Source: Girardia tigrina
Lineage: Eukaryota
NCBI GenBank assembly: GCA_001938485.1
Contig: MQRK01230304.1
Coordinates: 2,863 to 66,862 of the forward strand
Length of the DNA stretch: 64,000 nucleotides
Direction: 5' to 3'
Position 1 is the stretch's first letter, and each line of letters opens with the position of its first letter. This document shows, piece after piece, positions 26,000 to 40,000 of the stretch. Both the position numbers and the translations under genes were made by a program. Under the pieces are notes generated by a model. That model was not told the DNA's origin. It saw only the letters and a program-made list of their open reading frames with translations, and ran no database searches.

Positions 26000-27569
26000 C
26001 CGTAAGGTTTAGACAATACCACTGAATAAAATAATCTAATTGCATAGGTAGAACTTTTTAACGTATCACAAGTTCTTTGGTAATTATTGCTAATCTGTTT
26101 GTCCGGATACATTCATGGCCTTGAAATGCCACTAAATAAATATATAGGATTGCTTGAAAAATATATTCATTACAAATTCATCAGTTGTATGTTGAAAAGA
26201 AATTAAACGTGATACTGATGTGTATTTGAAAGTTTCATTCAAACCATCATGTGGTACTTTTTGACATGATGTTCATCTGATCTTTAGCTACGACGACTCG
26301 ATTACATTTCTTTCATGGTAGTTGAGTACATTTTGAATGGTAACTTAGTCTATAATATTGATTCCATTAGAGAATACACTGAAATATGTATATCCATTTC
26401 CCAGCTAAAATTTAATTCAAGCTTTTCGATGGCGGTTATACTAGAGGAAAATTTTTCACAGATAAACAGAACTTAATAAATAACTATTAACTACTAGTTT
26501 AATGCCCATCCAACAATATTTATTTATTATTATTGTCAGTGATTTGAACTAGACTGAGACAATCGCTATTTTAGAAGATACATTAAAAATGATATCACGT
26601 TTTCAATTACTACAATAGAACTACGTAATCTGTGATTAAAACAAATATATTTACTACCAAATGATGCTACTATTTAAATTTCAGTAACAACACCAGCTTG
26701 TTCAGAACCATTATTTAGCATCCGTCTATCGCAATACAAATGCATTTTTTTATATCAATGTCCATATTTCTTAATTTTTGGAGAATAAGTTTTCCAAGAA
26801 TTTTACCTGTTACTCTAGGTTCTTAAGTTTTCGGTTCGTCTTTAAAATATTTAACGAACATTGAGAAAAGATGTGAAATCTCATCACTTGATTTTATAAA
26901 GATAGCTTAGACAAATACTTATTTGTGAATTGTGAGTTCAATCTGTTGTTTCATCAAAGACTACGCAATAATGTTTGACTTGCTTCACTCTTTCTAATAA
27001 TATACAAGTAATTTAATTACCATAGCATTCAATTAATTGATTTTGTACTGTTTTACTAATATATGTAGTTTTTGCGTTGCTATTCTTTAAATATTTTTCC
27101 AAAATAGAGTCGTCACAATTAATTCTATGACGAAAGAGCTCTCTAAAGTTTCCTTCATTTATAAGTCGAATATCTGGTTTGATAACTATTTTCCCATCAT
27201 CTTTGTGTCCCCTGAAAGATATCTTCCAAGATATGTCTTCCAAGAAATATGAACATGCCTCTTGCGTTCTATACTAATTTCATTTAAAATAATTTTATTC
27301 TGTGAAAAGCGTAATTTTAAATAATTCTGGGCACTTTGGATTTCTTTTTTATGATAATTTTTTTTCATGAAGAATAAGGTCTCCTTCTTTCCCTAAAAAT
27401 GATTATTAAATGAATTTGTACAAAACTTTATCGATTAGTAAAAATCAGAACGCACAATTTCTAAATTTTTGCAAATTTTTAAATTATTTTCATTTTTATT
27501 TATATATACAAACTAAGTTTTTTATTTGCCTGGGGAGGGCGACCGTCCCCCTCCCGAAATCGGTTCCTG
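26000..27569 (-). mobile_element. hAT transposon relic (DUF4371/ZMYM-type transposase)
   Basis: 'ISFRGHKDDG...NEGNFRELFRHRI...TTYISKTVQNQLIEC' followed by 'YCVVFDETTD'. hAT-like terminus GGGGAGGGCGACCGTCCCCCTCCC...CCTG at 27569. Left end not located. Confidence 0.75.
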
Positions 27570-28803
27570 ATATTTAGACTTTAAACTAGTAAATCAAAAA
27601 AAATAAATGTTTTATATTCATTCTTTATGCAGACAAAACTCTACTTTGCAAACAAAGTTTTTATAATTTTAATAATTTTAATTAAAAATACACAATAAAA
27701 ATTAATATAAACTACTTATAATTTATAAGTAGATCTTGCAATTAATATTGTTCGGGAACTCCGAATTTCCGTTTTTTCCCATTTTGGGATCTTAAATGTT
27801 TTTTCGATCTAATTTTACATAATCATTTATTATCATCGAAAATGAGTAAGTGTGCAAAGTTTGAAGAAAATTGATTTAGTAAAAAGCCTTTAAAAACAGG
27901 TTTTTAAATTCCATGGATAAAAAAATATATATATATATATATATATATATTTAAAACAAAAAATAGCCATTTTTCCAAACATTTATTTTTATTTTGCAAG
28001 ACTAGTTTCGCCANNNNNNNNNNNNNNNNNNNNNNNNNNNNNNNNNNNNNNNNNNNNNNNNNNNNNNNNNNNNNNNNNNNNNNNNNNNNNNNNNNNNNNN
28101 NNNNNNNNNNNNNNNNNNNNNNNNNNNNNNNNNNNNNNNNNNNNNNNNNNNNNNNNNNNNNNNNNNNNNNNNNNNNNNNNNNNNNNNNNNNNNNNNNNNN
28201 NNNNNNNNNNNNNNNNNNNNNNNNNNNNNNNNNNNNNNNNNNNNNNNNNNNNNNNNNNNNNNNNNNNNNNNNNNNNNNNNNNNNNNNNNNNNNNNNNNNN
28301 NNNNNNNNNNNNNNNNNNNNNNNNNNNNNNNNNNNNNNNNNNNNNNNNNNNNNNNNNNNNNNNNNNNNNNNNNNNNNNNNNNNNNNNNNNNNNNNNNNNN
28401 NNNNNNNNNNNNNNNNNNNNNNNNNNNNNNNNNNNNNNNNNNNNNNNNNNNNNNNNNNNNNNNNNNNNNNNNNNNNNNNNNNNNNNNNNNNNNNNNNNNN
28501 NNNNNNNNNNNNNNNNNNNNNNNNNNNNNNNNNNNNNNNNNNNNNNNNNNNNNNNNNNNNNNNNNNNNNNNNNNNNNNNNNNNNNNNNNNNNNNNNNNNN
28601 NNNNNNNNNNNNNNNNNNNNNNNNNNNNNNNNNNNNNNNNNNNNNNNNNNNNNNNNNNNNNNNNNNNNNNNNNNNNNNNNNNNNNNNNNNNNNNNNNNNN
28701 NNNNNNNNNNNNNNNNNNNNNNNNNNNNNNNNNNNNNNNNNNNNNNNNNNNNNNNNNNNNNNNNNNNNNNNNNNNNNNNNNNNNNNNNNNNNNNNNNNNN
28801 NNN

Positions 28804-28985
28804 TTATTATTTGATTTCCTAAATATGGAGTCAATGGCATCTTTAATTAGCTTATTTACATAATTTTTATTGTAGCCATTCTTTTCTAATCTATTTTGAA
28901 GGTCATTTAAACCATCGTCCACATTCCCATATGAGGAAGATAAATTCCATACTCTATGTACTAGTCCATTTACCATAGTTCTGTT
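28804..28985 (-). mobile_element. Penelope-like element fragment (RT thumb/linker), running into a gap
   Basis: 'MVNGLVHRVWNLSSSYGNVDDGLNDLQNRLEKNGYNKNYVNKLIK' fits the PLE pattern L..R....S......L...L..NGY. Confidence 0.7.
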
Positions 28986-30428
28986 AAACAGAACACAATT
29001 TTTTACTAGAACACTATATTATTTATTACTACAAGAATAATTTATTTTTTTTTAATTTTTTATTTTAAAAAAATATTTTGTGTAATAAAAATTTCATTTC
29101 TAAACAAACGTAGTTGAAAATGATTAATAATTATTTTGTATCTCGATTTGAAAAGATCATGCTTATCATAAACCAAAAAAGTACAGCTAAAAATATTTAA
29201 CAATTTATGCATGGGTATTACTTAATAATCTAATGTCTTGGGGTTAATTGGGGAAATAATTCAGGAAATACCGGGGGTCAGAGATCAAAAAGAGTAAAAT
29301 CACAAACTGCCTCTTTTAATTTCATAAAATTTATTTTTCAATGGTAATTTGAATTTATTAAATTTTATGGCTAAATTATAATTAAAACTAATTTAATTTG
29401 TTCAATAATTGAAAAATTGATAAATTATTGAAAAAAAATAATTTATAGACCAAATAAATATAATCAAAATTATTTTTTTCCGAAATTTAATAAAAATTAA
29501 TATTTATAAATTGAATTATTGAATATATTATAATAGAAGAAACAATTATTTAATAATTAAATATTTTTTAATTATTAATAAATTTTTTTATTAAAAATAA
29601 TTTCAAATATTAAATATACATAAACATATTTTCAAATTCCAAGAATAAGTAAATAATTGTCAGAAAAATAAATCGATATTAAAAAGAATTTTGAATTATT
29701 ATTGATTTATCGAGATTTTATTTGTGCAAAAGTTACATCATTCGTTCGGTTATAAAAATTGTTTACAAATTTCTGTTTTGTGTTTTTTCCGATCAATTTG
29801 CACACAATTTTTAGATAAAATAACTGAGAAAATTGAAGAAAAAACGTTTTTAGTATTCTTTTTTAGAAAAAAAGAACATAAAAATTCACTACAAACCCAT
29901 TAGTATTTAAGAAGGATTAAATTTTATTTGATTTAGTACATTTTTATATAAATTATAATTTAATTATATTCTGTCAGCTGTGTCCAGATAGTCTGTAAGG
30001 GATTTTAATTCTTATAATCTCTCTTCTTCAATTTTATCCTAATTTTATAAAATCTGATAAAGTTTTGTCTTAAATTATCTATTTATATATAGTTGTCGAA
30101 TAATGCAGAAAATTATTATTATTATTTAATTACTTGTATATTTAAAATCGAATTCTTAATAACTTTTATTAAAGGCGCTGGAGAAGAGCTTTGGGGAGCT
30201 TGCCTTACATACCAAAAGGTACCCGAAAACCAGTATGACCATCCGTTCTATATTGATAGTTTACACAACCCTTAATAGTCTGCATACAGATTAAAACATA
30301 TTTATCTATTTCTTTTTTATAAATTTATTATATATTTATTAATAATAGAATAAGATTACGGTTCTCAATCGATGAGCTTTGTTGCTTCAATTTACCACGA
30401 ATTGTTTTTTTTATATTTTTTGTATATA

Positions 30429-31667
30429 CCAGCTTGTCAAGTAGGAAACTTGTAGACATAATTACAATAAATTCAAACAGTTATAATTTGATAATGACTT
30501 AAAATTTCGTTACTCATTTATTTTGTTTGATTGCTCTATATCTATGAAATTGAACACGCCATTAAAAATAAATAAAAATTATTGATAGCAATTTTTAATA
30601 ATCAGTACTTTAAAAAATTGAAACGTAGAAATTCGAACTATTATGAAGTATGAGTTCCTACGTGGAACCTCAGCATCCAAAACCATGCAAAACATTAATA
30701 GCGTATTCGGATACGATGCAACTACTCAGGAGACAGTTTCAAATTGGTTCAAGAAATTTGTAAAAAGAAATTTGTAATTTTAACCTCATGAAAGTTAGTA
30801 GATAATGACGAACTCAAGGTAACCGTGGAGTCGGATCCATCACAAAGTGTTTAAGTTTTATCTCTAACTTTTGATGTTACAAAGAAAACAATGTTGAATC
30901 AATTATCTTAAACTGAAAAAAAAGTGAAAAATTTGGATATATGGGTTTCACATGCGTTGAATGAAAAGCAGAAACAAAAACGTTCGGATACTTGTTTGAT
31001 GATACTTTCTCGTAATGATGAATCGAATCGTCACTTATGATGTAAAATGGATCAAATGTGATAATAGCAAACATTCAGCAAGCTGAGTGAACACGAATGG
31101 AGCATAAAACACAATATAAAGGTCAACATTCATCAAAACAAGCTGATGGTGAGTGTTTGGGGGTCTACCGAAACGAAATCTGATTTGCGGATCACAGCAG
31201 ATGTCTACTGCAACCAATTTGAAGATATGATACGGAAACTCAAAAAAACAGTCGCGTTTGGTAAACTCGATTCCAAAGTGTTACAGCGTATCTCGCTCCA
31301 CTACATTACAAAACCATATACTGCGCTTAAGAGCGTTACAAAACTATAGGAACTTGAGATGGAAATTCTGCATCATCCTTCATACTCACCAAACCTAGAC
31401 CCAATTGACTACCTGTCTTCTTCAATTTGAACAATTTTGTAATAAGAAAAAATCAATTCCAAAGATGCCATAAAAATGGCTATCCAAGAATTTATAAATT
31501 CTCACTAACAAAATATTTATTCAAATGGCATCAAAAAGCTGCCGTTCAAATGACAAAAGTATGTTGATAATATGGGTACATACTTTGATGAATGACAAGT
31601 ATTTGTAATCATAAATTATAAATAAACTTTGACTTTCGTTCTACAAATTTCATACTTGACGACCTAA
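30429..31667 (+). mobile_element. Degenerate mariner (cecropia-like)
   Basis: Decayed TIRs (...GTCAAGTA(G/T)GAAA(C/T)TTGTAGA). Transposase remnants 'EIRTIMKYEFLRGTSASKT', 'WVSHAL', 'KLMVSVW', 'HPSYSPNLDPIDY'. Confidence 0.85.
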
Positions 31668-32044
31668 TATAATATTTTTATGTATGAGAATTAAGGTTTT
31701 GACGTTTTGATGAGGTTTTCTAATGTGAAATTTAGCAATATTTATCAATTTCAGTGGCCTCCTTTACACTTTATTACAACAATATTTGATGATTAATCGG
31801 ATTAAACTTCGAAAAGTATTTAATTGGTATAAAAGTTAATTGCTACACCTGGTGCCAAATAAATATTGAGCTCTTTGAAAAAGAGAGAGCTATAGGAAAT
31901 AAAAATACTTGTAAACCATATTTTTAAATAAAGTCAAAATATTATTGCTGAGTTCGTGATTAATGATAGACTTCATGACACAAAATATTTATTAATATAA
32001 CAATAAACTATTTTTCAACCAAATTTATGAGCAACGATGTTTTC

Positions 32045-32462
32045 CTATTTTTTTGGACAAACCAGATGTAAATAGCTAAATATTGGGTTGTTGTCGTGTT
32101 GTATCGATGCCGAGAATGCGCATGGAGAAACAGTGATGGTCGTCCGTTGCATCGGCGAGTTCCTTTTGATGTCTCGTGATGTTGATGAGTGGCGAGTGAT
32201 GGAGGTGAATAGATTGAGACACATGCGCTCGGGCAATAATTTAGTTCTCTGGAGCGCAACGGAACAAGAACCGGTTAAAAAAACAACGCTTTTATCCGTA
32301 TGTGATGGCTTTTGTAATGTAAATTTCAGGCCGCCATCTTGCCCGATCGAATCGACGTTTATCGACGGATCCAAGATATATCGACTGTGTGTCGGTTGTC
32401 GCTCTATCGATACAACTAATCTTCGCCGTGTCGACGTTAATGAAAAAAGCACAAGAAGATAG
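32045..32462. other. GC-elevated island with open frames on both strands (124 aa plus, 135 aa minus); orphan exon or regulatory element
   Basis: About 420 bp of markedly higher GC in very AT-rich flanks. No recognisable domain and no ATG start. Confidence 0.3.
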
Positions 32463-35399
32463 AAATGATAGTTTTATTTTCAACATATCACATTCAGACC
32501 TCTCTGTTGTTTACCAGTCTTTTTTAAAAAAAATCTTTCTTCTGTTATTAAAATAAATTTTTTATCATGCTTTTCCTTAATTATTTAATTGGTTAAGCAA
32601 AATTGTTTTTTTAATAAATCGTTTTTTGTGTTCGCTTATTTTCGTTAGCTTTCTAATTGGAGCAATAATTAGTTATTTTAATTTTTTTCTAAATTGATGA
32701 GAAAAGAAAATTTTATTTATGAGTTTTTTATTGATGGTGGATAAAATTTGTTAACAGCAATATTTATTTGTTAAGAAATTTGTGAATAATGAAAAAAAGA
32801 ATTTAATTAAATGATGAACTAATTTATTTGTAATGAGATTACAAAAGATAACAACAGAGTTGAATTGATTTGAAAGGTTGCAATCTGAAGGAGGTGGTTT
32901 TGTTAAAAACTGGCCACTACTATCAATATAATAAATTTTAATTATTAAAAATAGATTGTGTATAAAAATTAATTTCTTGATTTCTTATTTTTAAATTTTA
33001 TTAATTAACGTTAAATCTTATTTTTTTAAATGTTGTGTATATATTAAATCATTTTATTTTAAAATGTATAATATTTTTATATTTAATATATTTATTTTGA
33101 TTTTTTTAGATATTATAAATTTTTAAACTAAACATTTTTTAAAATTTATTTTGAATATTTTCTTTTTATCTTTAATTTGAGACCTTCATAAATTTCTTTC
33201 CTTTTATTTTGTATTTAATTTGTAAAACTATTAATTCTGTTTAAACATTTCTAACATCTTATCCTTAGTTTCATCTCAAAAGTATTTAATTTATTATTTT
33301 AAAATCTCTTTTTTAAATAATATTCACTTATTTAATTTATAGCTTATGTAAAATGTTTTCAACAATACTTTTTAAATTCTAATTTTAAATAAAAATGTTA
33401 AATCCTACAATTATAAAATTTAATGAATTATCATTTTGAAATGTTATATATTTTCCTTTTTAAATTCAAAAACTTTACGAGCTTACCAAATTCCTAACAA
33501 TTATGTAATTATAATGTTTTACTTTTAATAAAATTTAAATATAAGACATGTATAATTTAAATAATAACTGCAGAATAATAATCTGTAGCGACAATGAAAA
33601 TATAATTTTTATTTAATCAAAAAAACTCGCTTTCAATATTTGTGCCAAACATTAGTTCACTTAAACAAACTGTTTTTTGCATCACAATAATTAACTCTAT
33701 ACAACATAATCACAAAGTTTTATACAAATATCTTTCTTTGATTTTAAATCATTCGATTATAAATTATTTTTTTAATAAAACCTTTTATTTGTTTTTAATA
33801 AAAAATTGCAAAAATAGTTTACAAATTTAAAATACAATTCACAAATTTAAAATACAAAAATATTTAGCAATATTTAAATTTATTATTATTTAATAGAGAT
33901 TCATTAATTATAAAATTTTTAATATATATATATATANNNNNNNNNNNNNNNNNNNNNNNNNNNNNNNNNNNNNNNNNNNNNNNNNNATTATCAATTATTT
34001 ATCGAATTTTAATTTGCAGAATATCCAACCACCTTTTAACTTTAAATTATCTTTTTTTTATTACATCTCTGACAACAAAAATTTCAACAAAAAATTCTTC
34101 CGAATAACTCATAAAATAAATGCAAAACAATTAAAATTCAATTATTTATGTAATTAACTTTTTAAAATTAATTAAGATATTTTTTACTTATAACTGCTTA
34201 AAAACTTTTGATTTTAAATATTTTCTTATTTTAGAGATTATTTATAACAATTAATTATTTCCAAAAATTTAAAGAATGAGCCTGTTCTTTTTTTTAAAGA
34301 ATTTAAAAAGATTTTTATTTTAAAGAATTATTTCATTTTAATTAATCGAACATTATTTTTAATTTATTTAAAATATAAATATGATTTTCAAAAATATCAA
34401 AAATTTAAAGTTCACCAAAAGGAACCCCAACAATAAGCAAATATTAAAAAACTATTAGGTTAAACAGACGATATCAATCTTTTACCTTATTTAAATTATA
34501 CATATAAAATCAAACTTGGTGTCATTAGAAAAGAGTGTGGATTCGCATAAAACTCAGAAGTCGGGACCCCCACCCAGCGCTTAGGGCATCCCCGTAAAAT
34601 CTTGCCTATTGCAGTGACAATTTCTTTTCCAAGCTCATAACATTTTAAAAGACCTTTACGAACTAGATCTAAAAGGGTGTAATAAGTTTTATAATTTTTT
34701 GGTCTGGTAATTCAATTCAAGAAATTTTCGTTATGTGTATTGAAGTTATATTTATTTAGCAATATTTAAATGTCTTATTGATTTAATAGTTTTACTGCAT
34801 TGATGTTAATTTCGTTTATTGGTTTAATAATTGTAATTTATGCTAAAATTACCTATAGATCTTCTTGGTGTCTCATTTGTTTTTGTTTAATTGCTAAACC
34901 AGGTTGAATAATAAAGGTTATACCAAAAATATATTGTTGTGTAATATGAAGCACCAGAACAATATTTTAATAGTTTTAATGTTTATAGTTTTAGAATCAT
35001 TTTTAATTAGATTAACCTTTCTAGTGTCCTTAACTAATTGCAAGGTCTTATTTTAATTGAATATTGTATTTGGCTTAACAAAATAATTGTTTCGGGATTT
35101 ATTATGATTATTTGTAAAACGTTTATTTTTATTTATATTCATAATGTTTCCTTTTCCTCTCCCAAAGACCGGCATCAATTTGAATTCAAATGGGTCTTGA
35201 ACGTTTATTTTAAATGTCAATTTGCTGATTATTTACCGCTTTCGGCTGTCATATATATAAAAAATATGTGATAATTGTGTTGCGGTCGAAAAACCATTTT
35301 GACATATACAGGCACGCAGAGCACCAAACACAACATTCAACAAACGAAAGAAACAGAAGAATAATAACCATGCAATACATATATTCGAAATAATAACAA

Positions 35400-35930
35400 T
35401 GCAACACATACATTCAAGAGGTTTAAAGTCCCAGTTATCGGCCCGATCGTACCTCGAAGCTGACACCAATTTCTCATGGATTGGTGGGACATCGAAAACA
35501 CCACAGGAGAACTAAAAAATACATCATAAAGAAAAAACCAGACAGAGTCGAATAAAAATTCACCCGATAAAAGAGGACGAACAACCCCCCGGTTAAGTAC
35601 TGCAAGGGAGGTCCATGAAAGCGACCCGTCAATGTTCGTAGAGTTCACGAGTAGAGATAATAAACCTTAAAAGAATAAGAAATTAATTAAAATAAACCCA
35701 AAAAATTAATAAAGTCGCCTACCGAATTATTCATTTGAGCTGAGAGGTCATCCGACTCCCTCCGTGTAGCCCCTCGCAAGACGAATCCATGAGCAGAACG
35801 TGTGAGACAACAGCGGATCCCTGAAAGAAGTTATTTTAAAGAGAAAAAATTAATTAAAAATCAGAAAGAAAACAACAAAGTCACCTACTGAATTATCCAA
35901 TGGAGCCACGGGGTCAACCGACCCTCCCAT
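35400..35930 (-). pseudogene. Degenerate multi-exon gene fragment, antisense to and abutting the Tc1 transposase
   Basis: Three GT-AG AT-rich mini-introns on the minus strand (35821-35888, 35666-35722, 35512-35563) between GC-richer exons. The exon-end/donor is duplicated (GAYAATTCR|GTAGGYGACTTT). Frames do not stay open. Confidence 0.45.
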
Positions 35931-35934
35931 GATA

Positions 35935-37063
35935 GAACAGATCATCTAGGAATGAAGATTCTTCAATTCCTAGATGAAAATCCCACTGCATTCCTGAGGG
36001 AAATTAAGCAATTTTTATTTGAAACCGAAGGAATGCAGTGCAGCAGGAACACGATTTCGAGGCACTTGGAGTGGAAATTGATCACCCTCAAGAAAATACA
36101 CGCTTGTGTTCAAAACCGAAACTCGGTAGCCACCAAGGAGAAACGGTTCGACTACACGATGAAGTTCCTGTCAGAAGGATGGCGCAGCAAAAATCTCATT
36201 TTTATTGATGAGATTGGTTTCAATATTTGGACCACGCGACAAAATGCGAGATCCAGGAGAGGAATACCGGCCACTGTTACCATTCCAACCAACCGTGGAA
36301 GGAATGTGTCCCTCATAATGGTAATAGGGAAAAATGGTCCCATACATCACCAAATATGTCTGTCCACGGTGAACCATGACATATATCAGGCCTTCATCGA
36401 GAAGTTATCCTCAAAATTAGACGATCAACCATATCGTCTAATTCATGATAATGCCTCGATCCATCTGGACACTATTTCTATTCATCGTGTCCATAACTTA
36501 TTCCCTTATTCACTGTTTCTAAACCCCATTGAAGAGGTGTTTTCGAAACTGAAAAGGGTAGTCAGGAAGCAGATTTCAGAAGGAAATCTGCTCTCAATGA
36601 CCCAAAGAAACCGAATTGATTTTCTCCAGACAGCAATTTCACAAGAATTGCAGAAGGAAGATTATTCGGACCTTAGGCCATATTATAGGCATTGTAAGAC
36701 CTTTCTTGGTCGAAGCATTGCTAAACTTGATATTTTTGGTGATTGAATACAATAATACATGTTATATCAAATAAAATTTTATCTTATTTTTGTTTTTTTT
36801 TTGATAAAATTTTATTTAATAAATTCTTTATTATATTTTGAAATTTTCATATATAAAAATTGAAAAAAAAATCATATTTACATAAAAAATTATTAAAAAA
36901 AATTACTTACCAAATAATACACGTAATAACGTACGTAATATTAATAAATAGTCATTAATGAAATTATGACTTCATTAATGTCACAGGGACACTGAAAATC
37001 CACGTAATAACAAGTTTCGTTATTAACGAATGAAAACTTGCTATTAACGATTGGACCTCACTG
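35935..37063 (+). mobile_element. Tc1/IS630-like transposon, 5'-truncated; transposase ORF 35952-36746
   Basis: Motifs FIDEIGF, HDNASIH, PYSLFLNPIEEVFSKLK. Right end ...GGACCTCACTG followed by TA. Left TIR not found. Confidence 0.85.
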
Positions 37064-37069
37064 TATTAG

Positions 37070-40000
37070 AAAAAATCCCATGACATATCAATGAAGAGTT
37101 TTTTCTGATTATAGAGAGGAAAGCGTATTTGGAGAATGCTGTGGAATGAGTACTGGTGAAGCTAGTACCTATAAAACTCTGAAATTCCGATGAACAAGAC
37201 ACTCAAAAGGCGAAGGATAATCGCCTTAAAAATTTTCCTAAATATTATTAAGTGTTTGAGATGTTGTAAAAATAAACATTTTGCCAGTCAGGAAATGCTC
37301 GAGAAGAGTCGTCAGCGCCAGTGGCTTCTCAAAGGGATTAAAGACGCTTGGAGTGATTCAGTGTCTGTTGATATTTCAGAGTTGCAGTGGACTGGTAAGT
37401 ACATGTCGATCTATCAATGTGGCGTTTGCAATCGTACATGATCAACGGTAAAAAGTTTGCCTTGACTCAGATTAGACTTAGCTTTAATATGGCTGCTACC
37501 ATAACGGCGGAAATTTTCCGAGTGGTTTTTTCATCACATTCGAGGAATATTTCTACTACGGGATCGTATATTGATGATATTTTGGTAGCTGAATCTTGAA
37601 TATCAGTTGAAGAGGAATAACAGCTGTTTTAAGATTCAATTAGAATGTACAGAACCTATAGATGTTAATGTCAACAAAAAAGTAAGAGTTCTCAGAGTAG
37701 GCATGAATAACGTTAACTGGAATATTACACGGAAGAGAGGAAATTAAATAAGAATCGACGATTTATTAAATGTCATTTCGCATCGGGAACTTTACTCTAT
37801 GTGAACAATTAACAGGAATCTATCCAGTTGCGAAATGATTAAGGCTGATGTGCGCGCACCTCAAACGATTGGCACACGAAAATCCATAATCAAACAAGAT
37901 ATATGGGATCTTCAAAGAATCACGGATAATGATCCATGTTGTTGTATATGGTGTATAGGTGAATGCAAAGTTTGTACTCTCTAGTGTCAAGCAAGTTATA
38001 TAGCCATGGGGATATTTTAGAATTTTATGGTAAAACTATAGGTGATGGGACTTTTTTGATAAAGAAAGATGATGTCAGGTGTAGAACGTGGGGTGGTATA
38101 CTGTTCCTAAAGTGGACAAAGTATCGGGTATACAACATTAAACATGAACTTCTCTGTACCCGAACTCGACTCCTGAAATAAGAAGATATCTATTTTGTAG
38201 TTTCCGGGTTACTCAATANNNNNNNNNNNNNNNNNNNNNNNNNNNNNNNNNNNNNNNNNNNNNNNNNNNNNNNNNNNNNNNNNNNNNNNNNNNNNNNNNN
38301 NNNNNNNNNNNNNNNNNNNNNNNNNNNNNNNNNNNNNNNNNNNNNNNNNNNNNNNNGCCATTGATGGTATGTATTTACAGATTAGTGAATGTACACCGCG
38401 TTTTAAAATTTTTATATTAGTAAAAAAATTGTCTTTAGTTTCTTTATTTACAATGTTTTTCATATATCACCGTGTTTGTTAGTTTTGCGTTTTTGAAAAA
38501 TAGTTTTTGAATTTCTTGATTGATATTTGACTTTGATTTTAGTTCGAATTTGTTCTGGAATTACTGATGTTGCGATCGGAAAAAGAATGCAGCCTCATAC
38601 ATAAATATCATAGAACTTGAAGTAGTCTTCTAGGAAATAGACTTATGTTTAAAATAGAAGATGAAAGAAATCGGATAATAGATGTGTTGTTTAATAGATA
38701 CATGATAAAGTAACTAATTGATAAAAATTAAGTACAACTGTCTTTTCCAAGTTACTCATAAGACGGAGTTTGGCAATAATCTAAGAAATATGTGATGAAT
38801 TCAAAATAATGTTGAAAATAGATTTTATTCCAAGTCATCTTAACAAACTGACTCAAATACCGAAGTTTTTAACGAAAAGTGTAAGTTGTATTACGATGCC
38901 ATACGATGTTGTTACCTAGAATCTACGATTTTTTCAGCAGGAAATGTGGACGTGGAAGTGAAAGAATTAAGAAACGAACCCAGAAGATCCGGGATCTGAG
39001 ACCAGTGCTGAAGAGCTCCAAACTGAGTATGAGGAATAAGAAGAAAGTAATCAACGCATGCATATTCTCCGTAGTCTACTACGACAGTGAAAACTGGAGA
39101 ACTGCGGACAAGAACATTAAGAAATTGCATGCCCTTCATAACCTATGCACGCGCATAGTTAGGAAGAAACACAAAATTGAAAAGATCCGTATGGACATCC
39201 TGGACATTTGACTCCCACATCCCATGGATATTATCGCGAGTAAACGGCTTACTTTCCACAGTAAGACGGAAACTTCAGAGGAGTACGAGACAATCAAACG
39301 AATCTGGAAGGGAGAAATACAAATATGGGAAAAAGATCAGTGGGAGAAAGAAGCAATCAATTTCGGAATGTCTTCGAGTGGACATACAGTGGCTATTTGG
39401 GGATGATGCAGTGTATGGAGATTTCATTAACCGCATCATTCACAGAGATCCTACTGTATCGAGGGAAACATGCATAAACTTCCTAATTCGATCAGGAAGA
39501 CTCAATAGGACAAGAACAACTGTACTGAAGCTGATCAACGAGAGAGACAAACGTCACAAATGTCCAGTAGAAAGATGCTACAAGGAGTTTGCCGAAAAGA
39601 AGGAGCTGAACAGACACATGAAAAGGGACCACGCGGTGTCCGCTTCCGCTAATCCTGATCAGCTCAATGAGATACAACAACAGCAATAGCCATTCCCATA
39701 TACACTATGCAAAAAGTAGTACAAAACGAAGGGGTGGCTGACCAGGCACCTCTACCGGGATCATAAATTGGAGGAGACAGAAGAAATTGGAGAACCGACA
39801 ATGACACCAGCGCAAAGCAGTACAACCACAGAAGAAAGAGTCGTAGAAAACCTCAACATTCCAGGCAACCAGATTCAATCTGTGACGGACCCCCGACGAT
39901 CTTGACAGCGGTATAAGAAGCGATAGGTACTGAAGAAACAACATCTGACTTTTAGGATTGCAGATCTAATTGCAAGGGGGAATTCAGATGTCCCTTTCGC

